Assembly (NCBI GenBank): GCA_035528115.1
Contig: DATKZF010000001.1
Span: 28,508-92,507, forward strand
DNA from: Candidatus Bipolaricaulota bacterium
GTDB lineage: Bacteria; Patescibacteriota; Patescibacteriia; UBA11705; DATKZF01
Length of the DNA: 64,000 nt
Direction of reading: 5' to 3'
Part shown: one piece after another, positions 36,262 through 44,700 of the stretch
Layout: every line of letters starts with the position of its first letter
How positions within the stretch are numbered: position 1 is the stretch's first letter
Position numbers and translations under genes: made by a program
The notes under the pieces: generated by a model
Seen by the model: the letters and a program-made list of their open reading frames with translations, nothing else
Databases searched by the model: none
What the model was told of the DNA's origin: nothing

Positions 36262-37122
36262 TTAGTGATTAATAACTTTTCGCATTAATTCATTTACGAA
36301 CTGAAAATTACCATCGCCGGTCAAAACAACGTCAAAATTTTCGTCAAACGCTTTTTTCATCGCCGTGTTTTCAATATTAAGAAAACCCAAAGAAATCATG
36401 TTTTTATAATAAAATCCTTTGACCATGCCCGGATCTCCGAGAGAGTCCCCGAGCAAAATGACATTGGGACGGTTTTTAATCTTTTCAAAAACCGACGGAA
36501 TTTCTTTCAAGACCGTTTCGTCTTTATTTAAACTGTGAATGATCGGCTCGAGCGGACGCAAGGCTTTGCCGTTTTGATCCCACTCGAATTTATTGGTCAC
36601 CTAATAAATATTCGGGAAATTCAATTTATTTTTTTCGAAGAATATGGGAATGGCGTCTCCGCAGCCGCTGGCGGACATTATAATCAAAGGAATGTTTTTT
36701 TCATTGAGCAGAGTCAGAAATTCCATCGCGCCGTCTCGAAACTTCAAATGTCCGTTGGCCACGATATCCGCCAAATCGTTTTTTGACAGTCCGGATTCAA
36801 TCAGCAGACGGTCGTGTTTGTCCCACCATTGCCGCATTGCCGTTTTCTTTTCGTTGATTGAAATACTTAGATCAAGTTCAATCGGATGATAATGATCGAA
36901 CAGTGCGTGAGCTTTGGCCGCGTAATCTTCGGTCAGATGTTTGCCGTCGCGCAGCATTGAAATAATGGAAGGAGTTTTGACCCCGTCAATTGTGCCATAA
37001 GTCAGGGTGCCGTCGAAGTCCGATAAAAAGTGTAATCCATTCGCGCCATCCATTTGAATGGATTTTTTTAATTGTTCGAATTTTGTGGGATTTTGAATGG
37101 ATATTTGCATAAAATTTAACAA
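36262..37122 (-). pseudogene. UMPH-1/NT5C3-like pyrimidine 5'-nucleotidase (HAD) interrupted by a single in-frame TAG at 36601-36603
   Basis: ORFs 36601..37122 (motif I FLSDFDGTLT) and 36262..36600 (motif IV VILLGDSLGD) are contiguous in one frame, separated only by the TAG; together ~286 aa with one HAD domain. Confidence 0.6.
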
Positions 37123-38084
37123 ATCCTCGGAATCAATTTTCCTCTCGGCTCTTCGATTTGTCTTTCCGATCCAAGTTTTGTTTTCAAAAAAACGCCTTCG
37201 CCTTCAAAGCATTTGCCAATAATTTTGGCCTCGGGATTGAATTCTTGGAGCTTTTTTAATGCTTCATCAGTGTTTTGAGGACTGACCGCGGCGATAAAGC
37301 GGCCTTCGGAGGGCAATGTAAAAAGCTCAATGCCTAAAAGTTCGGTCAAGGCAAAAACTTCTTTTTTATAAGGCAATTTGTCTTCATCCAAAACAATTTT
37401 TATTTTTGATTTGGCCGCGATTTCATTCATGTTGGCGGCCACGCCGCCGCGAGTCGGATCTTTGGCCGCGTTTAGAAGATGCCCGACCGCCTGAAACTCG
37501 GCCAAGAGCGGCCGGCAGTCGCTTATTAAATCGGTTTGATAGTCAAAGCGATAGGCGAGAAGCGTCAGTCCATGTTCGCCCAAATCTCCGGAAGTTATGA
37601 TGTTATCGCCGGCTTTGGCTCCGCCATTGTCAATCACTCTTTCAACCAAGCCCACGCCGGCCGTGGTTATTTCAATTTTATCGATTTTGCCTTTTTCCAT
37701 CACTTTGGTGTCACCGGTGACAATGGGAATATTCGTTAACTTTGAAATTTTATCAATCGATTCGGCGATTTTGAATAAGTCTTTTTTAGAAAAACCTTCT
37801 TCAAGCACAATGCTCAGCGATAATCCCAGCGGTTTGGCGCCCATCACCGCCAAGTCGTTTATCGTGCCGCAAGCGGCGATTTTGCCAATGTCGCCGCCCG
37901 GAAAAAATATCGGATCCACAATGAAAGCGTCAGTGGTGAAAACCAGCTTTTTGTCTCCCAAATCGAAAATCGCCGCGTCATCTTCGGTGTTGGTCCAGTT
38001 TGTTTTCAGATTAATGATTTTCCTGAGCTCGCGGATAAGTTCATTGTTTTTGAATCCGCCGCCGCCGTGGTCAAGGTCAATCAT
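37116..38084 (-). CDS. hypE: Hydrogenase maturation protein HypE (PurM superfamily), C-terminal PRIC motif
   Basis: TTDAFIVDPIFFPGGDIGKIAACGTINDLAVMGAKP and terminal ...GKLIPRIC. Confidence 0.8.
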   Translation of the reverse strand: MIDLDHGGGGFKNNELIRELRKIINLKTNWTNTEDDAAIFDLGDKKLVFTTDAFIVDPIFFPGGDIGKIAACGTINDLAVMGAKPLGLSLSIVLEEGFSKKDLFKIAESIDKISKLTNIPIVTGDTKVMEKGKIDKIEITTAGVGLVERVIDNGGAKAGDNIITSGDLGEHGLTLLAYRFDYQTDLISDCRPLLAEFQAVGHLLNAAKDPTRGGVAANMNEIAAKSKIKIVLDEDKLPYKKEVFALTELLGIELFTLPSEGRFIAAVSPQNTDEALKKLQEFNPEAKIIGKCFEGEGVFLKTKLGSERQIEEPRGKLIPRIC

Positions 38085-38093
38085 ATTAATAAT

Positions 38094-38141
38094 TTCTACC
38101 CCACTTTAGTGGGTGAATACAAAGGCCCACTAAAGTGGGGT
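38094..38141. other. Perfect 18-bp stem-loop (CTACCCCACTTTAGTGGG...CCCACTAAAGTGGGGTAG) at the hypD/hypE junction
   Basis: Read directly; overlaps the last hypD codons and the intergenic gap. Confidence 0.5.
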
Positions 38142-39170
38142 AGAATTTTTATATTTATATTCAATTTGGCAAGATCCCTCAACCGACACCATACAAGCCC
38201 CTTGCGGGTTTTCCGGTGTGCAAATTTTAGCGAAAAGGGGACAGTCAGCCGGTTTGGCCAGACCTTGCAGTATTTTACCACAAATGCAGGCGCTTGGCCT
38301 ATATTCGGTGTTTTTTCTTATATTTTCAATTAAATCGTGATGAATAAACTCGGTATCCTGATTTTGAAATTCCTTTCTAATTTTTAAGCCTGAATTTGGT
38401 ATGTTTCCGAGGCCGCGCCAGCGCGCATCTGAAATTTCAAAGACTTCATTGATTAATTTTCGCGCTTCAATATTGCCTTCGGGTCGTACGACGCGCGTAT
38501 ATTCGTTCTTGAGTTCATTTTTTCCGCTGACAATCATTTCAAGCAACCACTGAATCGAAAGCAAGACGTCTTCGGGTTCAAATCCTGAAATCACTTGCGG
38601 CACATTAAATTGCTTAAAAGGCTCCTCTCCGATAATGGCCGCAACATGGCCCGGATCAAGGAATCCGTCGATTTGAATATTAGGGCTTGAAAGTAAAGCG
38701 GCCATGGCCGGCGGGAACAGTTTGTGAGCTGAATATACCTTTAAACCTTGCTTGATCGCCCAGGCTGACATGGGTGTGGTGGTCTCAAATCCTATGCCAA
38801 AAAACGCCAAATCATTTATTTGTTCAGCGAGTTTTACAGCGTCGAGAGTGGAGTAAACCACTTCGATTTTTTTGCCTTGTTGCCTTAATTTTTCAAGGCT
38901 TGAATTTGTCCCGGGCAAGGATAGAGCGTCGCCGTAAACGGCGATGGGCACATCGTTTTCCGCCAGGCCGATGACAACATCAATGTCAGTCTGATCGGTG
39001 ACGCAGATCGGACAGCCGGGCCCGGAAATAAGCTCAACGTTTGGCGGAAGCAAACTTTTCAAACCGTACTTGGCCACGGTTTGCGAATGCGTGCCGCAGA
39101 GTTCCATCAGTGTGACCGGGCGGTTGATTTGAGAAGCGAGTGTGTTAATTTTATTGATGATTTTTTGCAT
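38130..39170 (-). CDS. hypD: Hydrogenase maturation protein HypD
   Basis: GPGCPICV motif, CGxH-type N-terminal region, C-terminal Cys cluster; 346 aa. Confidence 0.8.
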   Translation of the reverse strand: MQKIINKINTLASQINRPVTLMELCGTHSQTVAKYGLKSLLPPNVELISGPGCPICVTDQTDIDVVIGLAENDVPIAVYGDALSLPGTNSSLEKLRQQGKKIEVVYSTLDAVKLAEQINDLAFFGIGFETTTPMSAWAIKQGLKVYSAHKLFPPAMAALLSSPNIQIDGFLDPGHVAAIIGEEPFKQFNVPQVISGFEPEDVLLSIQWLLEMIVSGKNELKNEYTRVVRPEGNIEARKLINEVFEISDARWRGLGNIPNSGLKIRKEFQNQDTEFIHHDLIENIRKNTEYRPSACICGKILQGLAKPADCPLFAKICTPENPQGACMVSVEGSCQIEYKYKNSTPL

Positions 39171-39283
39171 GAATGTTATTTAATCGCGAATCTATTGAAT
39201 TTTTTATAGTAAATGTTATAATAAATAAAACTTACTGCAGGCGCTGTGTCAATACATGGAGTTATTGTATTATAAGGGGGATA

Positions 39284-39517
39284 ATGATGGCTGGGTATGG
39301 GTTTAGGCCTGGTGTGGCTGGAAGTGGTGGGTCGCCGATAGACTGGGAAGAGAGGGCGAGACAGAGGAAGATGTCACAGGCCGGCCACATCATAGTTAAG
39401 GCCGTCTTTGCCAGAGGAGGCACTGATGAGGATTGGATGAGAATTTTCCATGACCGAGGCCTGGTAGATCGCCTGGCAGAAATGATCATTCAAAAGCCCG
39501 AGCCCACCTCCAAGTAG
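39284..39517 (+). CDS. Hypothetical small protein (~77 aa) in a GC-rich patch between hypD and hypC
   Basis: AAGGGGGA Shine-Dalgarno-like site before ATGATGG; local GC ~55%. Confidence 0.3.
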   Translation: MMAGYGFRPGVAGSGGSPIDWEERARQRKMSQAGHIIVKAVFARGGTDEDWMRIFHDRGLVDRLAEMIIQKPEPTSK

Positions 39518-39552
39518 GGGCAGCATATCTTGACTCTTGAAGTTCCCGCGCG

Positions 39553-39759
39553 TCATTCGCGCCGGAGCTTTTTAATTTCATCAGCTTCGTTTTTATCAAC
39601 AATTTCAATGGCAAACCCCGCGTGCACAATCACAAAATCTCCCGGATTTGGTGTTATCAGGCTTATATTAACTCTTTTTTTCAGGCCGTTAAAATCAACC
39701 AGCGCGGTTTGGCTTGTTTTATCCATTGATTCAATTTTTCCGGGAATGGCTAAGCACAT
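39553..39759 (-). CDS. hypC: Hydrogenase maturation protein HypC (HupF/HypC family)
   Basis: N-terminal MCLAIP; 68 aa. Confidence 0.8.
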   Translation of the reverse strand: MCLAIPGKIESMDKTSQTALVDFNGLKKRVNISLITPNPGDFVIVHAGFAIEIVDKNEADEIKKLRRE

Positions 39760-39898
39760 AATTTTAAGAGGGATTAAGGTTGGTTTATATGTCCTTTTGT
39801 TTCATGATTCATGCTCCATGACGTTATGTTGATAACTTTTGATGATAATTGTTTAAGATGCTATAATTTTAACAGAAACATTATTAACTTCAAATTTT

Positions 39899-40222
39899 AT
39901 GAATGGTGACACCACTCCGGCTCCATCAAGCGAGTCTTCAAAAATGCAGTTAAAAGTTGAGGTTCCTTGGAGAGAAAAGATTTCTCGTCTGTTTATTTTT
40001 AGATTTCTCTGGGTATTCGTGCTCGTTTGGGTGCTTTATGTTTGGATGATTTGGATCGGCTTGGTAAATTTTGTTCATTTTTGGTACATGTTGATTTTAG
40101 GCAAAAAACATCAAGCCATGTGGAAGAAAAACGTCAGATTTTTCAAAACCATGACCGAATGGAATTCGTATTTATCGAATTTAACTGATGAAAGGCCGAA
40201 ATTCATTGGCGATAAGGTTTAA
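39899..40222 (+). CDS. Hypothetical membrane protein
   Basis: ORF; two TM helices. Confidence 0.35.
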   Translation: MNGDTTPAPSSESSKMQLKVEVPWREKISRLFIFRFLWVFVLVWVLYVWMIWIGLVNFVHFWYMLILGKKHQAMWKKNVRFFKTMTEWNSYLSNLTDERPKFIGDKV

Positions 40223-40270
40223 TCGACGAAATAAAAAATCAGCGATGAAAAATACGCTGATTTTTTATAT

Positions 40271-41857
40271 TTACATTTGAAGCAGATTGGTTCCGGTCAT
40301 TTCCGGAGCCGGGGGAATGCCGACTTGCGCTAAAATTGTGGGCGCCACGTCAGAGAGAATGCCCAGCGGGCTGTTTAAGGAAAGATCCCCGTTTTCACCG
40401 GTTTGAATGGTTTGACCGGCGTGTTTATTGCTCACGGCGATGAATGGCACCGGATAAATGCTGTGCTCTTTGTCTATTTTGCCGGTTTGAAGATTAACCA
40501 ATTCTTCGGCGTTGCCATGATCTCCGACAATAAAGGCCATTCCTTGCTTGGCCAAAATCGCGGAAATGACTTTTTCCAAACATGAGTCAACTGCGTTAAC
40601 GGCTGAGACTGTGGCTTGCAAATTGCCCGTATGGCCGACCATGTCGGGGTTGGCGTAATTAATGGCCATGAATTGATATTTATCCGAAGCCAAGGCTTTT
40701 AATATTTCATCGGTCACTATATTGGCGGACATTTCAGGCTGTTTATCATAACTGTCAACCAGCGGCGACGGAATGAGCATTCTGTCTTCTCCGGGGAATT
40801 TTTCTTCGATTTGTCCGTTCAAAAAATAAGTGACATGCGCGTATTTTTCCGTTTCCGCGATATGGAGCTGTTTGAAACCGTTGTCGCTGAAGACTTTGGC
40901 CAAGGGATTGGCAATGGTTTGCCGCGGATAGGAGACTTTAACCGGCAAACCCGTTTTGTAATCCGTCAAAGTGACGAAGGTCAGTCCGTCAATGAAATTT
41001 CGTTGGAATTTATCAAAATTCGGTTCAACGAAAGCTTGCGTCAATTGCACGGCTCGATCAGCTCTGAAATTGAAGAAAATCACCGCGTCTTCTTCGGAGA
41101 CCATGGCGAGCGGCTGGTTTTTTTTGTCCACCACAGCGCAAGGCGGGAATTCTTCGTCGAATATTTGATTTTGATAAGACTCTTTTAACGTTTTTAACGG
41201 ATCGGTGGTGGAAATGGCTCCTTTGCCTTCGGCAATGGCCGAATAAGCCTGGCTTGTCTTATCCCAATTTTTATTTCTGTCCATGCCGAAAATTCTCCCA
41301 GTGATCGAAGCGACCTCTCCGCATTTTTGTTTTTTGCAAAATTTCATGATGTCTTCCAAAAATCCCGCGCCGGAGTCTCTGGCAGAGTCGCGGCCGTCAA
41401 GAAACAGATGTAAAAAAGTTTGTTTTTTCAATTTGTTTTCTTTGCAAAGCTTTATCAGCGCTTCCAAATGCCGCTGGTGCGCGTGCACGCCTCCGTTGCC
41501 GAGCAAGCCGATCAAATGAATTTTCGATTTGTTTTGAACGGCTTTTTGAACGGCCGCAAGCAGATTTTCATTTTTGAAAAAATTCCCGTCTTCGATTTCT
41601 TTATCGATTCTGGGCAAGCTTTGATAATGAAGAACGCCGGAGCCGATATTCAAATGGCCCACTTCGGAATTGCCGACTTCACCCCAAGGCAGTCCCACGT
41701 TCACGCCGGACGCTTCAAGCAGCATGGTCGGATAAGATCCGATGAGTTTTTTGTAAAACGGAGCCGAGCTGAGGCTGATGGCGTTCGATTGGCCGGGAGT
41801 GGCAATGCCAAAGCCGTCCAGCACAATCAAAACAACGGGATTGTATGATAACTGCAT
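40271..41857 (-). CDS. gpmI: 2,3-bisphosphoglycerate-independent phosphoglycerate mutase
   Basis: VVLIVLDGFG and GNSEVGHLNIGSG motifs; 528 aa. Confidence 0.85.
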   Translation of the reverse strand: MQLSYNPVVLIVLDGFGIATPGQSNAISLSSAPFYKKLIGSYPTMLLEASGVNVGLPWGEVGNSEVGHLNIGSGVLHYQSLPRIDKEIEDGNFFKNENLLAAVQKAVQNKSKIHLIGLLGNGGVHAHQRHLEALIKLCKENKLKKQTFLHLFLDGRDSARDSGAGFLEDIMKFCKKQKCGEVASITGRIFGMDRNKNWDKTSQAYSAIAEGKGAISTTDPLKTLKESYQNQIFDEEFPPCAVVDKKNQPLAMVSEEDAVIFFNFRADRAVQLTQAFVEPNFDKFQRNFIDGLTFVTLTDYKTGLPVKVSYPRQTIANPLAKVFSDNGFKQLHIAETEKYAHVTYFLNGQIEEKFPGEDRMLIPSPLVDSYDKQPEMSANIVTDEILKALASDKYQFMAINYANPDMVGHTGNLQATVSAVNAVDSCLEKVISAILAKQGMAFIVGDHGNAEELVNLQTGKIDKEHSIYPVPFIAVSNKHAGQTIQTGENGDLSLNSPLGILSDVAPTILAQVGIPPAPEMTGTNLLQM

Positions 41858-41861
41858 AATA

Positions 41862-42095
41862 TTAAGCTTTTATTTCTTTGATTATTTCGTCTATTTTTTT
41901 GTCCAGATCCGTCGCGTCCTTGATTATTTGAGTTTTCTTGTATCCATCGTCCGTTTTTTCCGCCTGCACCACGTAAATGTTGCGATCGTAAATGATGCGC
42001 GTCAAATCCGGCAAAAGTTTGGCTTTTTGATCCGGATCCGTGACTTTGTAATCGGCAAAATATTGCTCGATGGATTTTTGTTTCAAGGTGTCCAT
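41862..42095 (-). CDS. Hypothetical small protein
   Basis: ORF only. Confidence 0.3.
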   Translation of the reverse strand: MDTLKQKSIEQYFADYKVTDPDQKAKLLPDLTRIIYDRNIYVVQAEKTDDGYKKTQIIKDATDLDKKIDEIIKEIKA

Positions 42096-42168
42096 AAGTA
42101 TTTTTATTAATTCAATTAAATTATACTTGATTTGAGTTATTAAATCAAAAAGTTAAGTGGTATAATGT

Positions 42169-42390
42169 TCATGGAGCCAATGGAGCATTGTTACTAATTA
42201 CAATCATCCAGTAGGCCGATTGATATATAATTACGAATTACAAAAAGCTGATTAGCTTTAAACGATTCTTACTAATTACTTTCACCTATATCCTTAAGCC
42301 TGAGAATGTTGTAATTCGAAACAAATAACCTAGAAGCTAAATGGAAGATTGTAATTGGTAACAATAAAACAATGAAGCAATGAAGCAATC
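42169..42390. repeat. MITE-like repeat, family 1 copy D (~220 bp); its terminal CAATGAAGCAATGAAGCAATC supplies the start codon of the next gene
   Basis: Collinear with copy B (4401-4573). Confidence 0.7.
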
Positions 42391-42685
42391 TTTTCTCCAA
42401 ATATATATGCAAAAAGAAAAAGAAAACGAAAAAAAATCCATCAAGCTTGAAGTGCTTGAGAAATTGTCCGCGCTTATTATCGCGGGCTTTGGTTTGGTCG
42501 CGGCCTTGGCTTGGAATGACGCCATTAAGGCGTTGTTCAATAAGTTTTTTCCGGCGCCTTCCGGCAATCTGGTCGCCGGATTGATTTACGCGGTCGCCAT
42601 AACCGCGATTGTGGTAATTGTCACCATCCAATTCGGCCGGATGATCAGGCGCGCCAAAAACGTGGTTGATAAATTGGACAAATAA
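42380..42685 (+). CDS. Small membrane protein (hypothetical); ATG lies inside the repeat terminus
   Basis: ORF; two TM helices. Confidence 0.4.
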   Translation: MKQSFLQIYMQKEKENEKKSIKLEVLEKLSALIIAGFGLVAALAWNDAIKALFNKFFPAPSGNLVAGLIYAVAITAIVVIVTIQFGRMIRRAKNVVDKLDK

Positions 42686-42771
42686 ATAATATCAACAACT
42701 TCGCCCGACGAATCGTATAAAAAATGCTATAATCTAAACATCTTTTATTTTTTATTATGCGGAGAAAATTC

Positions 42772-44694
42772 ATGATCGCCGCAATAATGGTGTTGATGAC
42801 CGTTGCTTTGGTCGGCAACGGATTTTGGCGTCAAGAAACATTGGCCGCCGAATTGTACGCGGCCTCGGACTCCGTGTCTTCGCATCAACCCGGAGCAAAA
42901 TCAAACCATACCATAAGTTTCAAAACGCCGTCCGGCGTTCACGCGCCCGCTTCAAGCATTACCATCGGATTCGCTTTGGATTTTAATGTCAGCGGGCTTG
43001 ATTTCAGTGACCTTGATTTGACTCACGGTCCGATCAGCGGTTCCGAAACATCCGAGGCCTTGGCTGCTGCCGCTGGCGTCAATGTTTGGGGGGCGTTTTT
43101 CGCCGGCAATGTTTTGTTTTTAATGCCGCCGACCAATGCCGGCATCAATGAAATCGCGCCAAGCGATACCGTAATTTTAGGCATTGGGTCGCAAACGGAC
43201 ACCGGCGCAAATGACATAGAAAATCCGGCGGTCGTCGGCTCTTACGATGTTTTGATCGCCGGGGATTTCGGCGACGGCAAGACCATTTCCGTGGCCATAG
43301 CCGATACCACGGTAAGTGTCGGCTCGACCGTGGTGGAGTCGGGCAGCGGGATTTACGGAGATACCACGCCCCCGATTATTTCAGATGTCGAGGTAATCAA
43401 TATTACTCCTTATGCCGCCACGATTACCTGGGTGACCAATGAAGCGGCGAATTCGAGAGTCGAATACGGATTGGATCGCGCTCATGACGCGGTTTCCGTT
43501 TTTAACGGCTCGTTCGTTGTGTCGCACTCGATTGATTTAATGAATTTGAAACCCGATACCGTTTATTATTTTCAAATAATCTCTTTGGATCAATCTGGCA
43601 ATCAGGCAATCGCCGGAAATCTCTCTTTTACCACCTTGCCGGAAGTGGAAGAGTTGTTTGTTTATAATATTCGAGTCAGAAATATTACCGCTCATTCGGC
43701 GGATGTTTTATGGGAATCAAACAGAGAAGCGGATTCGAGAGTGGACTTCGGTCTGACCGAAGAAGCTGAGACCGGTTTTTTTTACGATGAGGCTTTTGTT
43801 CGCGAACATGTAATTCATCTTAACGGACTTCGCGCCGAAACCAAATATTATTTCAATGTCACTTCCGAAGATGAATTCAAAAATGAAGTTACTGGCACCG
43901 GCCATTATTTCACCACCAAAAGTGAAGAATTGTTCGTGCCGAACGTGAAAAATTTCGACGCTAAATCCGATGTTGAAAATTATCGCGCGATATTAACCTG
44001 GGAAAACCCCATTTATCCCGAATTTCACGGCGTGACCATAAAAAGAAGTCTCGCCGGTTATCCGGCTTATCCGTCCGAGGGAGACTTTGTTTACGGCGGC
44101 GCCGCTCAAATCGCCTACGACAATAATCTTGCGCTGGGAGTGATATATTATTATTCGGCTTTCGCTTATGACGGATCCGGGAATTTTTCATCCGGCGCGT
44201 TCAGTTGGACGATTTTGATTCCGAAACATTATTTGACGATTAAAGCCAAGCCCGAGAAAAGAGTCCCGAAAATCGGCAATTGGGACACGAGCGCGGTCGT
44301 GACTTTTAAAACACCCGGAGAAAATTTTTCTTCAAATCTTTATTTGGTGGAAACAAACGCCCAAGGCGAGGCTGATTTGGTCATTGATGATTTAATACCG
44401 GGAATCTACGATTCCACGTTTAAGGGCTTGTCTCATTTGAAAAAAAAGCTTTACGGTTTGGACATTCGAATCAATGGAAATAATTTTTTGGACTTTACGC
44501 AAGGCGACACTTTTCACCTTTTGGCCGGAGACGTTCAGCGATCCAAAGACAATTACGTCAACGGATTGGATATCGCGGCCATGGAAAATAATATATACAC
44601 CGGAGATGTTGACGTTGATTTGAATCAAGATTACGTGGTTAATGGGTTGGATTTCAGCGTCCTGTCGGCGAATTTTTATAAATGGGGAGACTGA
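42772..44694 (+). CDS. Secreted multi-Fn3 (purple-acid-phosphatase-N-like) protein with C-terminal dockerin-like domain
   Basis: Signal/TM N-terminus; repeats ITWVTNEAANSRVEYGL, VLWESNREADSRVDFGL, LTWENPIYPEFHGV; C-terminal DxNxYVNGLD x2 dockerin-like repeats. Confidence 0.5.
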   Translation: MIAAIMVLMTVALVGNGFWRQETLAAELYAASDSVSSHQPGAKSNHTISFKTPSGVHAPASSITIGFALDFNVSGLDFSDLDLTHGPISGSETSEALAAAAGVNVWGAFFAGNVLFLMPPTNAGINEIAPSDTVILGIGSQTDTGANDIENPAVVGSYDVLIAGDFGDGKTISVAIADTTVSVGSTVVESGSGIYGDTTPPIISDVEVINITPYAATITWVTNEAANSRVEYGLDRAHDAVSVFNGSFVVSHSIDLMNLKPDTVYYFQIISLDQSGNQAIAGNLSFTTLPEVEELFVYNIRVRNITAHSADVLWESNREADSRVDFGLTEEAETGFFYDEAFVREHVIHLNGLRAETKYYFNVTSEDEFKNEVTGTGHYFTTKSEELFVPNVKNFDAKSDVENYRAILTWENPIYPEFHGVTIKRSLAGYPAYPSEGDFVYGGAAQIAYDNNLALGVIYYYSAFAYDGSGNFSSGAFSWTILIPKHYLTIKAKPEKRVPKIGNWDTSAVVTFKTPGENFSSNLYLVETNAQGEADLVIDDLIPGIYDSTFKGLSHLKKKLYGLDIRINGNNFLDFTQGDTFHLLAGDVQRSKDNYVNGLDIAAMENNIYTGDVDVDLNQDYVVNGLDFSVLSANFYKWGD

Positions 44695-44700
44695 GTTGAT

